Source of the DNA: Squalus acanthias
Lineage: Eukaryota
Length of the DNA stretch: 64,000 bases
Direction: 5' to 3'
Assembly (NCBI GenBank): GCA_030390025.1
Contig: JASTWF010000333.1
Coordinates: forward strand, 62,001 to 126,000
The notes under the pieces: generated by a model
What the model saw: the letters and a program-made list of their open reading frames with translations, nothing else
What the model was told of the DNA's origin: nothing
Database searches by the model: none
Program-made: the position numbers and the translations under genes
Shown: one piece after another, positions 38,438 through 51,789 of the stretch
How the letters are laid out: every line of letters begins with the position of its first letter
How positions within the stretch are numbered: position 1 is the stretch's first letter

Positions 38438-40585
38438 AGAAACATAGAAACATAGAAGATAGGAGCAGGAGTAGGCCATTCGGCCCCTCGAGCCTGCTCC
38501 GCCATTCGATGAGATCATGGCTGATCATCCAAACTCAGTACCCTGTACCTGCCTTCTCCCCATATCCCTTGATACCTTTAGCTTTAAGAAATATATCTAA
38601 CTCATTCTTGAATGTATTTAATGACTTGGCCTCAACTACCTTCTGTGGTAGAGAATTCCACAGGTTCACCACTCTCTGGGTGAAGAAATTCTTCCTCATT
38701 TCTGTCCTAAATGGCTTACCCGTTATCCTTAGATTATGACCCCTGGTTCTGGACTCTCCGACCATCGGGAACATTCTTCCTGCATGTAGTTTGTCCAGAC
38801 CTGTCAGAATTTTATATGTTTCGATGAGATCCCCTCTCATTCTTCTATACTCCAGCGAGTATAAGCCCAATCGACCCAATCTCTCCTGATATGTCATTCC
38901 TGCCATCCCAGGTATCAGCCTTGTGAATCTTCGCTGAACTCCTTCCATGGCAAGAACATCCTTCCTCAGATAAGGCGACCAAAACTGCACACAGTACTCA
39001 AGGTGTGGTCTCACCAAGGCCCTGTACAACTGCAGCAGGACATCCCTGTTCCTATACTCAAACCCTTTCGCTATGAAGGCCAACATACCATTTGCCTTCT
39101 TCACCGCCTGCTGCACCTGCATGCTTACTTTCAGCGACTGGTGCACAAGGACACCCAGGTCTCGTTGCACTTCCCTTATCTAGATCATTAATGTATATTG
39201 TGAATAGCTGCGGTCCAAGGACCTATCCCTGCAGTACCCCACTAGTCACTGCTTGCCACTCGGAAAAAGACCCATTAATTCCTACTCTCTGCTTTCTGTC
39301 CGCCAACCAGTTCTCTATCCAAGTCAATACCTTGCCCCCAATCCCATGTGCCTTAACTTTACACGCTAATCTCTTATGCGGGACCTTATGAAAAGCCTTT
39401 TGAAAGTCCAAATACACCACATCTACTGGTTCTCCCTTATCTATTCTCCCAGTTACATCCTCAAAAAATTCCAGTAGATTAGTCAAGCACGATTTACCTT
39501 TTGTAAATCCATGTTGACTTTGTCTGATCCTGTCACTGTTTTTCAAGTGCTCAGCTATTACATCCTTTATAATGGACTCTAGCATTTTCCCCACTACCGA
39601 TGTCAGGCTTACCGGTCTGTAATTCCCCGCTTTCTCTCTACCACCCTTTTTGAATAGTGGGGTAACATTAGCTACCCTCCAATCCATGGGTACAGTTCCA
39701 GATTCCATCGAATGTTGGAAGATGATCAGCAATGCATCTACTATTTCCAGGGCCACTTCCTTAAGTACCCTAGGATGTAGATTATCAGGCCCTGGGGATT
39801 TATCGGCCTTCAATCCCATCAATTTCCCTAACACTATTTCCCTGCAAATACTGATTTTTTTCAGTTCCTCCCTTTCATCAGACCGTATGTTCTCCAACAT
39901 CTCTGGGAGGTTATTTGTGTCCTCCTTTGTGAAGACAGAACCAAAATATGCATTTATTTGGTCTGCCATTTCTTTGTTCCCCATTATAACTTCCCCCGCT
40001 TCTGACTGCAAGGGACCTACACTTGATTTCACTAATCTTTTTCTCTTCACATATCTATAAAAGATCTTACAGTCAGTTTTTATGTTCCCAGCAAGCTTAC
40101 TTTCATATTCTATTTTCCCCTTCTTAATTAATCCCTTTGTCCTCCTTTGTTGAATCCTAAACTGCTCCCAATCCTCAGGGTTACCGCTTTTTCTGGCCAA
40201 TTTATATGCCCTCGCCTTGGATCTTATGCTATCCCTAATTTCCCTTGTTAGCCACGGTTGAGTCACCCTTTTTGTTTTATTCTTATGCCACACTGGGATG
40301 AACAAATTCTGTAGTTCATCCATGCAGTCTTTGAATGTTTGCCATTGCCTATCCACCGTCAACCCTTTGAGTGACATTCCCCAATCAATCCTACCCAATT
40401 TGCGCCTCATACCATCGTAGTTTCCTTTATTTAAATTCAGGACCCTAGTCTCTGATTCAACTACTTCACTCTCCATCCTAATGAAGAATTCTATCATATT
40501 ATGATCACTCTGACCCAAGGGGCCTCGTACAACAAGATTGCTAATTAATCCTTTCTCGTTACATAATACCCAGTCTAAGATGACC
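38438..40585 (-). mobile_element. Young CR1 LINE, 5'-truncated, with internal RT deletion; nested in a family C-like element (~38190-38437, 40586-~40810)
   Basis: Open ORFs 39223-40585 and 38535-39170; the FADD region is missing at ~39175; tail (agaaacat)n. Confidence 0.92.
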
Positions 40586-40834
40586 TGTCGGGAGGGGGAT
40601 CGTGAAGAAGTTAAGTTGAGCGTTAAGCTTTTAATTTTTATTGTAGTTTTCCTTGTGGGCCAGGAGGAACAGGAGTGCTGTTCCGGACCCCACAAAGGAA
40701 GCCTTGGGCCTCTCTTAACACGGGCTTCCCCCAATCGCATCCACCCCCCTTCCCCCTCTTACCACTTAACTGACTGCTGGGGACCGATCTCACGGGTCCC
40801 CGGCTACGGCCTCCTGTCTGCAATCTTCCTTAAC

Positions 40835-41417
40835 CAATCTGTGGTTAAGTCTGAAACTAGGGTCTTAAATTTAACAAAGCCAATTCCGGAGCTATGAGAG
40901 GTGAGTTGGCTGAGGTAGATTGGGAAATTAGATTAAAAGATATGGCAGTAGATAAGCATTGGCAAACATTTAAAGAAATAATTCATAATTCTCAACGAAT
41001 ATACATTCTCTTGAGGAAAAAAAATTTAATTGGAAAAGTGGTCCAACTGTGGCTCACTAGAGAAGTTAAGGATAGTTTTAGATTAAAAGAAGAGGCTTAT
41101 AATGTTGTCAAAAAGAGTAGTAAGCCTGAGGATAGGGAGGGTTTTAAAAACCAGCAAAGGATGACTAAGAAAGTGATAAAGAGGGAGAAAATAGAATATG
41201 AGAGTAAACTACCAAGAATTATAAAAACAGATTGTAAGAGCTTTTACAAGTATGTAAAAAGGAAGAGATTAGCGAAAGTAAACATGGGTCCATTAGAGGC
41301 AGAGACAGGAGAAATTATAATGGGGAATAAGGAAATGGTGGAGACGTTAAACAAATATTTTATGTCTGTCTTTACAGTAGAAGACACAAACAACATACCA
41401 GAAATTGTGGGAACCAA
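40835..41417 (+). mobile_element. CR1 ORF2 middle fragment
   Basis: ORF 40894-41417: DCKSFYKYVKRKR...LNKYFMSVFT. Confidence 0.88.
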
Positions 41418-42697
41418 GGGGGAGAAATTCGGTATGTCCCCGTTTGGGGCGCAATTATTGGCCAGGCGCAAAGTTTAGCGCCGGGCGCAAAGTTTAGCGC
41501 CTGGCGCTAATTATCACCTCCGACTTCAAACTTGGCTTCTATCACCCCTGGAGGTGATTGGAGCGCTAAATCAGGCGCTACACACCTCTCTTAAGGCGCT
41601 AACGCCGAGGAGCGAGGCGCTACCTCAGAGCGCTGGCGAAACTCATGTGATGTCAGTCATCAATGGAACACAGACACACTGGCGCCAGCCAGTTCTTAAA
41701 GGGGAGGGTCAATCTTGCTCTCCATCCACACCCTGCTCATTGCAGCCTTGAATCTCGGCCTGGAGAGACCTGTACATCAAATCTGCTGGAAAGAATAATG
41801 GAGAGGCCCAGGGAAAGAGCTCAGAGTGCAGTCCCCATAGTCTCTTCTAAATCGATGCAAGGAAGGTCAAATCAAAATGAACCTGCAAAGTGCTGCTCAG
41901 TACCCAAAACTCCTTCACACAGCGTTGAATCTCTCCAGAAGTCTCTCTCTCTCTCTCAGAATGCGTGATGCAAAAATGTCGCTGTGTACCCACCCGTAGG
42001 GACATTGGAAATGCCAGTTTCAGGCATGCACAGCGCATGCGCTGAAAACCGGCATTTCTGATCTGTCAAGAATGCTCTTGACAGATCCTCCGGCTGCCCT
42101 GGAGAAGGGCCTCTGCGGGCAGATAGCTTTGCTTTTTGGAGACCCTCCGCCCGCAGAAAACCCTTACAATTCTTACGCCTGGTAAAAGCAGGCATAAGGC
42201 CTGCTTTTACCAGGATAAGAGTTGAAAAAAGTAAAAAAAAATGTTTTCACTGATTTATCATTTAAAAATACCTTAAAAAAGGTAAGTTTATTTTTAGCCC
42301 CGTAAAAAACTAATTATTTTTTCAAAAAATTAAATTTTTGCTTAAAATACTTAATTTATTGTAATTTCAAGTCATTTTAAAAATGTGATGTTTTTTTAAA
42401 TTTATTTAAAGTTTTACTCTGTTTTTTCATTGATCTCCATTCATATATTTGACAGGTCTTCCTGTCAAGTGTATGAAGGGGGATTCCCTTATTTGATTGG
42501 CTCCCCATGGCCCACGTGATCCCAGGGACGCTGCGAACTACCTGCGCCCCTGGGATACGTGGGTCCTGCGCACTTGCAGTTTGGAGAGGCCCAGGAGCGG
42601 AAGCGTGTGCGTCCCGGGAGCCCTCAGGTAAGGGCGCAGATTTTTCCAGATCGCAGACCTCCGCCCGCGGGAGGCCTGCGATCGGAAAATATGGGCC
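41418..42697. mobile_element. Chimera: left part of an M1 MITE fused at ~41975 to the right part of a different TIR element
   Basis: Left TIR GGGGGAGAAATT; right end GGAAAATATGGGCC; TIRs and flanks (CAA/ATT) do not match. Confidence 0.7.
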
Positions 42698-43059
42698 ATT
42701 GTCGGTGCTGAAATGTTAGTGGAATTCTTACATGGCTGGGTAAAGTGCACCTGTAACAGAGTTAACATTTTATTAGGTAACAGGCAAGTAACACATTAGG
42801 ATGAGCCAGCAGCTGTATGATTTATTGAAGCAAAAATTAATTTACCACTTTATTCTCAGCTTCTGTGCTGGAATGGGTGACACGTTCTGAGGCTTCACTA
42901 TATGGTCGTGGTTTGCTAGCAGCTGATGGATGGGGCAGACTGCAGGGCACAAGATACACTCACCTTTTACACCATGCAGTTGATTAAAACAAAGGTTTAT
43001 ACATGGGTCCACTTGTCTTTAGCAAGTATAAGGGAAAAAAAAAATCAGAAAACATAAAA

Positions 43060-43165
43060 GACTGAGTTCTGATTAAGGGTCGACATGGGAAATGTTAACT
43101 CATCCGCTCTCTCTGCAGATACTGACTGACCTGCTGAGTGTTTCCAGCATGTTCTGTTTTTGTTC
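43060..43165 (+). mobile_element. Degenerate solo Penelope-type pLTR relic (similar at ~61975-62080)
   Basis: ctgattaagggtcgacatgggaaatgtt (decayed hammerhead-like core) followed by gacctgctgagtgtttccagcat, shared with ~62015-62040. Confidence 0.5.
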
Positions 43166-43444
43166 AGGCATCTACTTTTTTGCTTTTTGTTAAAACTTCT
43201 CAAATGCATTTCACAAGGAATCTTTATAACAGCACAAAGAGGACACAGCTGTCTATCACCCTGCAAACCCAGGTTTCAGAGGAAGAATGTCAAAGTGTAA
43301 TCCATTGCACCCTCACTCCCACACTAACTGGTTTCTATATCTAGATTCACAGTTCAATTTCATTCAGTATTAATAACTCGGGAAAAATTATTAATGGAGA
43401 GCTGCAAATTGTGACCATGATTAAACTGAACATCAACAAGAATC

Positions 43445-43700
43445 AGGTGGCACAGTGTATTTATAAAACTGCCTTTCCAGCTGTGAGAATTGGGTATGAA
43501 TCCAGCCAGACTGACTGATGAAAGTCTCCCTCTTCCTGACAGCTGTAAGGATCACAAGTGAAATGAATTTGGGCAGTCTCATCGCAGTTTATAGTGAGAC
43601 TTGGCTAGAGCCAACCCACAGCACAAACGTGCCCACAATTAAGAGCAGAGTAGTCTTGCTCAGAGAGGCCACAAGAGCAGCTGTTATGGTAAATAGAAAA
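43445..43700 (+). mobile_element. LF-SINE-like tRNA-derived SINE relic
   Basis: Ordered blocks gaatccagcc, gaaagtc, ctgacagctgt, gtgaaatga, cagtctca, cacaatt, cagagaggcca resemble the LF-SINE consensus as recalled; not aligned. Confidence 0.6.
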
Positions 43701-43764
43701 TAATCAAATTGGCGCAATAGAAGGTGCTTTTTTGAGGTTGGGTTTATGCACAAACTTGAAGTAA

Positions 43765-44270
43765 CTACAACAACTTGAATTTATTTAGCACCTTTAACAT
43801 AGTAAAACATCCCAAGATGCATCACAGGAGCGTAAGCAGGCAAAAATTGACACCGAACCAAAGAAGGAGATATTACGATGGGTGACCAAAAGCTTGGTAA
43901 AAGGTTGGTTTGAAGCAGAGTCTTAAAGCAGAAGAGAGAGGTGGAAAGGCAAAGTGGTTTGGGGAGGAAATTCCAGAGCATAGGGCCGAGACGGATGAAG
44001 GCAGAACCGCCAATAGTGGGGCAACACAAGTGGGTAAAAAAAAAACCACAAATTCTCCTCCTTAACTCTGTCACTGGAAATATCCGATCCACACAGTGCT
44101 GGTTCCCTTTCAAAACTGCCATCATCACCCTCTCCTCAAAAACCCCACCATCAATCTATCCACACTCTTCAGCTACCACTCCATCCCTAACCTCTCTTCC
44201 TCTTTAAAGTCCACGAATATGTCATCAACCCACAGATCTGCACCCCCCTCTCTCTCAACGTTTCCTGCCT
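43765..44270. mobile_element. L2 LINE fragments (3' end on - at ~43765-44030; middle piece on + at ~44045-44270)
   Basis: Minus IGGSAFIRLGPMLWNFLPKPL...FKTLLQTNL with (ttg)n tail; plus PFKTAIIT. Confidence 0.7.
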
Positions 44271-44939
44271 GAAGCCCTCCTGTCCGGCTGCCGCCCTGCT
44301 CAGAGCACCGAAACTGCCCAGGCCAAAATCATAAATGCTCTTTATATTAGTATCCGAACTGTGCATTATAATATCCAGTTCAACATTTCTAACATTTTTA
44401 TCTCCACTGTCCTGCCCAGAAGGTTAATCAAAACATTTCTCACTCTTTGAGTAAAGAAGCTTTTCCAGAGATTTTTTAATTTAAATTTTCACTCACTTAA
44501 GTTCTGCCAAATATCTTCGTTAACAAACAAAAATAAATAAATAAATATTGTGGGATGACAAGAGTGTTACGGTACATAGTAAATGAAGGCAAATCTATGC
44601 GCCTAAATAATCAATTGGAATCCAATAAACCAATACTCAAACAAATCTACCTCAATTTCGTGCATCTGTTATTTCTGTTAGTTTCCCCTGACATTATACA
44701 ATGTCTCCTATTTTCCTATTTGCTGATGTTTTTGCTTGCCACATTGAAAAACTGATTTATTTTGAGTGTGCATATATTTTAAACACAACTATTTTCAGTA
44801 CAGATCTAAAACCAACTTTTTGCCTTACATTTTTGATTTGAAGCCATATGTGGATAGGATTTGAACCTTATATATCACTGAGACACAATTAGGACAATTA
44901 GTTAGCCAACAAATGTTTAATGGTCTACAGGGGAACAAT

Positions 44940-47623
44940 GGACTGAATTTTGCTGGCGCTCAGAGTGTGGGTTTGGAGGCGGGTCCGCTGTCAAAATTGA
45001 AATGATTGACAGCGGGTTGGGAACCCGCTGCCGAACCTGCCTCCATGTAAGTTTCCAAAATGTCGGGTCTGCGACTTCAGAACAGACCCGACACCAAGTG
45101 GTGGGGTAGGAATTTAAGATAGTTAAATGCTTGTTAAATGCTCATTAACAACTATTTTGCCAGCCTATTTCTATTTTACCACTTTTTTTTAACGAGGTTC
45201 CTGTCGCTCGGGGATCACGTCAGGTAATTAGGTCGGGTTCTCTAGTCTCCCCATTGCTGTGAATAGGTGACAGCTGCAAAAGTGGTATGAAAGCTACCAT
45301 TTCCAATGTCAGAAGCTTGAGCATGAGCTTTCAGGACTTAGAAGACACTTTTGAGCTGTATGCAGTTTGGAAGTGTTTGGAGTAAACTCTCTATCCACTG
45401 TCACCTCCTTGGAGCAAGCTCCCTCACCATTGACAGATCGCTTCTCTCATCTCAACTTCAGCTGCCATCTAATCCAGCAACATTGGTGCCCTTGAAAAAA
45501 TCTCACCTTGGTCCTCTGAATCCCTCCACGATCAGCCCCAACACCAACATCACCAGGCACACCAACCTCACCAACAACAACACCAACAACAACACCAAAA
45601 ACAACAACAACACCAACCTTCTCCGCAATCACACAGGGCATCAGCACCCGACAACATTGCTGCCCGGGAGGCCAGTGATGGCATCACCATGGCCAGATTT
45701 ACTTCATTTGATGCTGTACACCCTGGCTGCCACATGATGCGCCAGGTTGACACCACCCCACACCAGCACCATAAAGCATCCCTATAATGTCCAAGCCATT
45801 CCTTTCACACTCATCACAATTGGAGCGGTGGGGGGGGGGGGGGGGGGGGGGCGGGGAGTTTTGTCTCAACATTCACTGGAACTCACTAAGGCACTTCTAA
45901 AGGTGAGCACAGATCTGTCCAATAAGGTAAAGTGTTGATAATATAGATTTCAATGTTTGACAACACATTAACAGAATTGTCACATGAACATTGGCTAAAC
46001 CATTCAAGTGCCTACCCTTGTGTGTTGTTAGTTGGTATGCTTGCAGTAGGATGAGGGTGAGTGGTGGAGTGGTAAATAGCGAGGAGGGAAGCCTCAGGCT
46101 GCAGGACGATATAGACGGGTTGGTCAGATGGGCAGAACAGTGGCAAATGGAATTTAACCCTGAAAAGTGTGAGGTGATGCATTTTGGGAGGACTAACAAG
46201 GCAAGGGAATACACAATGAATGGTAGGACCCTAGGAAGGACAGAGGATCAGAGGGACCTTGGTGTGCATGTACATAGATCCCTGAAGGCAGCAGGACAGG
46301 TAGATAAGGTGGTTAAAAAAGCATATGAGATACTTGCCTTCATTAGCCGAGGCATAGAATATAAGAGCAGGGAGGTTATGATGGAGCTGTACAAAATGCT
46401 AGTTAGGCCACAGCTGGAATACTGTGTGTAGTTCTGGTCGCCACACTATAGGAAGGATGTGATTGCATTGGAGAGGGTGCAGAGGAGATTCACCGAGGAT
46501 GTTACCTGGGCTGGAGAACTTCAGCTCTGAAGAGAGGCTGGACAGGCTGGGGTTGTTTTCCTTCGAGCAGAGAAGGCTGAGGGGGGACCTGATTGAGGTG
46601 TACAAAATTATGAGGGGCATAGATAGGGTAGATAGAAAGGAACTTTTCCCCCTAGTAGAGGGGCCAATAACCAGGGGGCATAGTTTCAAGGTAAGGGGCA
46701 GGAGGTTTAGAGGGGATTTGAGGAAAAACTTTTTCACCCAGAGGGTGGTTGGAATCTAGAACTCACTGCCTGAAAGGGTGGTAGAGGCAGGAACCCTCAC
46801 AACATTCAAGAAGCATTTAGATGAGCACTCGAAACGCCAGAGCATACAAGGCTACGGACCAAGTGCTGGAAAATGGGATTAGAATAGACAGGGCTTGATG
46901 GCTGGCGCGGACACGATGGGCTGAAGGGCCTCTTTCTGTGCTGTATAACTCTATGAGTGTGAGGGGTGGCTAGTGAGATGGGGAAGTGATAATGTAGATA
47001 GAGAGGGATGGGTGGAGGTGCAAGGTAAGTTGGTGTGAGTAAAGATGTGCAGGAGTAGGGTAGGGAAGGCAGAGTGATGTGGATGTGATGAGTGGCACAG
47101 CAGGATGAGGTTGAATGTGGCTTGGCAGTAACGTTTCGTGATCTGCTCAGATCATTGAAAGGCTTGCGCCACTGCAGCCTGGTCCTCCTGATGACGTCTC
47201 TGCTTGTGTCCTCCTGTGCAATGTGCAACAAGGCTACGTTGGTGTCCTGGAGAGGTCTCTTCCGCCCATGGGAAGGGAAGAGAACCTCCCTGAGTGCTGT
47301 GGCTCCCTCCATAAGCATATGGAGGGAGTCATGCCAGAGCCTGTGCAGTGCTTGTCAGTGTTTGCATCACCTCAATGCTGCAGAACACTGACAGAACAAC
47401 TGTCAAAATGAATGTGGACATGGCCCCTTTAAGGAAATCAGCTGATGATGCGTCATCAAATGACGTCATCAGACCCGCTTCCTTTTAATTGGCTGGGAAA
47501 TGCGCAGGGCGGGCTTAACACGCCCAATCTACGTAAAATCACGTGGGGAGAGCGGGCTGGAGCCGGGAGAGAGACCGGGACCCGCCACCCACCTCTCCCG
47601 CCTCTGCTGGCAAAATCGCGGCC
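44940..47623 (-). mobile_element. Non-autonomous Harbinger, family D, with nested CR1
   Basis: TIRs GGACTGAATTTTGC / GCAAAATCGCGGCC; flanks AAT/ATT; Myb relic ORF 46806-47318; homologous to 32241-33980 and 52544-54298. Confidence 0.88.
46064..46953 (+). mobile_element. CR1 LINE 3' fragment nested in Harbinger D
   Basis: LQDDIDGLVRWAEQWQMEFNPEKCEVMHFG...; TGAGTG duplicated at 46058-46063 and 46954-46959. Confidence 0.9.
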
Positions 47624-48502
47624 ATTTAGTTCTATAACAACAACATAGAGATTGAGGGACTTACAGATAATTGCAGATGTTACATATTTTACCAAATTAG
47701 GTAAGAAATTTCAGAGGTTGGATTTGGAAATATAAACACTTTCACAAGATGGATCCTGACAGTCTGCCTGAATATTATTTTTAAAAGTTGAACATTTTAC
47801 CCCTGTACCAGTTAAATAATAATCATAAAATACCAAAAGGTATCTGCGTTGTCCTCGCAAAGGCTTTATTACTTTCAAAAAAATTCTCTTGTTATAGCCC
47901 CAAATATTGGTGATCCTGCTTTGCCACCATAACTGTGGTGAAGCTGGAAAAGCAATGTGCCAGCGGACTCAGAGACTGCCTACGCTGGAGATTCTGGGGT
48001 CAGGCAGGCATTGTAAATAATTCTGGCTGGCACCCACGCCAGTATCAACACAGCTTGAGCCCCCAAGATAGGGTGAAGAGGAGTAAAAATGTGGTGCTGG
48101 ACAGCTGCATGGAGGAGAAGCCAACAGGACTAGCAAATAAATTGATGGGTCAGTGCAATCGGCCGTCCTTAGCAGAGGTCCGATTTAAATATCGAAGGAT
48201 TCCATTTTCTGGGGTGGTCCAGACCATAAGCATGCTTGGTAAACCCTGTGGGTCTCACTTCCACTGATGCCTAGTACTGGACTCCAGTATCATGTTGATG
48301 TTCAGTATGATCAGGGTTCAGGAATTGGGAGCAGCAGGCATTTTTGGCAAGTGTCACCATCCCACTGGCACTGACTCTTTTTTGATTTCCAGGTCTCCAG
48401 TGAGTGGACAGAACTTCTGCCTACCCTTTGCCCTCTCAGGAACCTTTGCTACCACATCTTCAGGACAAAGCACTCCTGGATCCCGCCTCATTTTCCACCT
48501 CT

Positions 48503-48610
48503 GCTGTGCCTGGACCACTGGACTTGCACCCTAGGTGCGCTGTGCCTGGACCACTGGACTTGCACCCTAGGTGCGCTGTACCTGGACCACTAGACTTGCA
48601 CCCTAGATGC
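48503..48610. repeat. 36-bp tandem repeat x3
   Basis: GCTGTGCCTGGACCACTGGACTTGCACCCTAGGTGC three times with few mismatches. Confidence 0.95.
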
Positions 48611-48759
48611 ACCGTGGGCCTCAAGGAAATTCAGGGCTGATATTTTTACAATGTTTCTTTTATCAAGTCGTAAACCGTCGTTGGAAAAATTACAAATCAA
48701 GTATATTCCAAAAGGAAGTCTATTGAAGGCTGGGGTTCCATGCACAAATAGAGTTTAGC

Positions 48760-50460
48760 TTAAATTTGGAACTTAAAAAGAAGCATTTAACATTTAATGG
48801 GCAGATAATAAAATAAAAGTCACAACAAATATAAAGAACATGTAGGAAAGATACAAAAAGGTTAGATTATAAAGGTATGAGAAAATTATCAAAAATATAA
48901 AGGGCTTTCCATATGCATATTAATAGAAAGAATTAAGTTAGTTAGGGGGCACGGCTGCTACAAGGTGAAGGGGGTGTGCCTGTAGTGGAGAGTGAAGGAA
49001 TGGCAGAGACACTAATTCATTACTTTGCCTCAGTTTTCACAGAGGAGGTGGATATTGGAATCATACAACCACCAAAAGTGCTGGAGGTTATTAAAGCAGA
49101 TACTCGAACATAAAGGGGGTGATTTTGCCAGCCCTGGGGAGGCGGGACTGCCGGGAAAATGGCAGAATTTGGGGGCGGGTGCTTAACAGGTAGTTAACAG
49201 GCAGAAAACTTGGATTATCCACTTTTTGCCCTCCGAAGTGCTCCGAAACCCGCCAGCTCAGCGAGTAATTGGTCTGCGGGGGTCGGGGGGGGGGTGGGGG
49301 GGTGCAAAAGTGTGCCGTGAAGGTAAGTGATGGGTGCAAGAGTGTAGAAGTGAGTATCTGAGGTAAGTGCAAAGTGTTATTAAAAGTGTACTTACCTTAC
49401 TTGTGTTTCTTCCTGCAGGCTTCAGTCGGTGTGTATGCGGAGAGTCTCGCACTTCCGCGTTGGAAATGACAGGTGGCCGTTGCATTCTCAGATGCAACAA
49501 CCATCTCGTTTCTGTAAAAGAAAGAAGTTTGATGAGGTCTTGAATTCAAGACCTCATCAAACTACAGAGAATGTCACTGTTTGACAGCTTCACAGAACTG
49601 TCAAATGATGACAATTCATCTGTCAAAAATTTTTGACAGATGAAACGTCATACGTTGACATTCTCTGCAACCGGTTTTCCCTTAATTGGCCTGCTAAGCC
49701 CACTGGGCGGGCTTAACAAGGTCAATCAAGGGAAAATAGCATGGGTTGGCCAGAAGTTGTTGGAGGCGGGACTAAAACCCGACAAGTGGGAGTCCCGCCT
49801 CCAAAAGCTTCCCATTGGCAAAATCGCCCCAAAGTAGACAAATCGCTGGAACCAAATGGTTTACCTGCAAGGATCTTGAGAGAAGCTCAGGAAGAAATAA
49901 CAGAGGTTGTGTTTCTAACTGTCCAAAATTCTGTGGAAGGGAAAGTGCTGTTAGAGGACCGGAGGGTGGCAAATGTGACACCCTTCTTCAAAAACAAGAA
50001 TGGGATAAGTCAGGAAATTATAAGTGAGTTCGTTGTACTTCAGTTGCTGGTAAACTTCTAGAATCTATAATACTGGATGAAATTATTAGTTACTTAGGGA
50101 AAACCGAGTTCATCTGAGTGCAGAAATGTTGGAGTCCAGCGGCCATTTTAGACCTTTCCCAGCCTTATCTTTATACTTATGCAGAGCACAATGTATTAAA
50201 TAATATTTATATACAAAGTCAGTTCTGTCTCTATTTAATATTATATAGTGGCAATACCATGGAATTTGCCACATAAGGAAAATAGTGATAGATTGTTTCC
50301 ATTAGTCAGTGAGACAATAACAAGAACACAAATTTAAGATGATCACAAAAAGAATGAAATGGGTGGTTAGAAAAAAAAATTTGTGAAGAGAATGTGGAAT
50401 TGTCTCCACAGCTTGGTAGGCCAAATGGCCTGATTCTGTGCTGCAGCATTCTATGATTCT
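48760..50460 (+). mobile_element. Old, heavily decayed CR1 fragments split by a MITE
   Basis: HYFASVFTEE, KVDKSLEPNGLPARILRE, RVANVTPFFK; tail ctatgattct at ~50451-50460. Confidence 0.7.
49115..49830. mobile_element. Harbinger-derived MITE, family M2 (716 bp)
   Basis: TIRs GGGGGTGATTTTGCCA / TGGCAAAATCGCCCC; TSD AAA; homologous to 62274-63093. Confidence 0.9.
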
Positions 50461-51414
50461 AGAGCATGAATTTTCCAATGAGTATTATTTTAAAGCTGGC
50501 AGAAATCCATTTACATGCCTCACCGCCAGTACTAAAATAATGGGAATTAGAAAATCCAGGCTTCGGTTTCTATGTAGGCCTCTTGACATAAGTTGCTGTA
50601 GTTTTTTGTCTTGCACACATTAATTCTGTTCAATTGCTATTTTACTGTTCCAAAAACTATTAACTTGCTGCCAGGCGTAGGATTAACCATGCAATTATAG
50701 AATATTAGCATTCTGATAAATAACCATAACAAGCTGGAAATAAAGCTCTTTATTCCAATAAGTCACCATCTAAAAATTCTTCCATGCCTTACACATATCC
50801 CATAGGCCATTGGGTAAATGACTTTGCTTATAGGATAAATGTAACACGTGGAGGAATTTCCAGTTATGCGGTAATATTAACAGCAGAGCCAATTGGAATA
50901 TACCAATTGTAACTGAACAAAGCAGGAAACCCAGATACATAGAGGCAGAGTGGGCCTCATGCTGGGAAGAGAGGCAATATCAAGGAGCACCTCTATTTTC
51001 CCCTTTTTTTTGGAACAAAAGTACATTTTTGCTTACAAAGAGAGACGTGGGAGGAGGTTGTTCAAAGACTGAAAATAATCTTCTGTAGCAAAAGCAACTG
51101 GCATGATTTCCAGAATCTGTTGTCTTTTACTATAAAAACAAAGCATCAATCAGAGGAAGAGCCCAAGCCGATAAGAACCAACATAAGACGTCAGTCGAGG
51201 CACGAGTGCACCAACTATTTAGCCTAGAAACGTCTGTTAAATGGGAAGATCCTTTCACCATAATTTTGCAAAAAGACATTTTTCATTTCATTTTTGTATT
51301 CATGAAAAGCTGTCTCACAATGTGAAGAATGAAATTAGATATTTTATGTTGGTCCCAAGTCATTTTGGTCAATCCTTCATTGTACTTATGGTGATATGAT
51401 TATATTCTCAATTT

Positions 51415-51613
51415 TTTTTAAATTCATTTATGGGATGTGAGCGTCGCTGGCAAGGCCAGCATTTATTGCCCATCCCTAATTGCCCTCGAGAAGGTGGTGG
51501 TGAGCCACCTTCTTGAACCGTTGCAGTCCGTGTAGTGAAGGTACTCCCACAGTGCTGTTATGGAGGGAGTTCCAGGATTTTGACCCAGCGACGATGAAGG
51601 ATCGGTGATATAC
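51415..51613 (-). mobile_element. Short 3' fragment of family B LINE
   Basis: Same 3' end as 15219; CAATTT on both flanks. Confidence 0.88.
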
Positions 51614-51789
51614 ACAATTTATGATCAAAGTTACTCCGTGCAAAATGTCTAATAGAGAAACAATTAGAAAATGTGGTTAACTAAAATAAATGGTAACATG
51701 GATTCTGTCAGTTGAAGTGCTGTTCAGTGAGGTTGAACCTGTGCAGGCTGTAAGAGCCCTTCCTTATCAAAATGATGTGGACAGAACCT

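Noticed and set aside
39223..40740. 505-aa ORF as a functional RT gene
   Set aside because: The N-terminus comes from the flanking element, the CR1 is 5'-truncated, and the catalytic FADD region is deleted.
48503..48610. CRISPR-like 36-bp repeats
   Set aside because: Units are directly adjacent with no spacers, there are no cas genes, and the context is eukaryotic.
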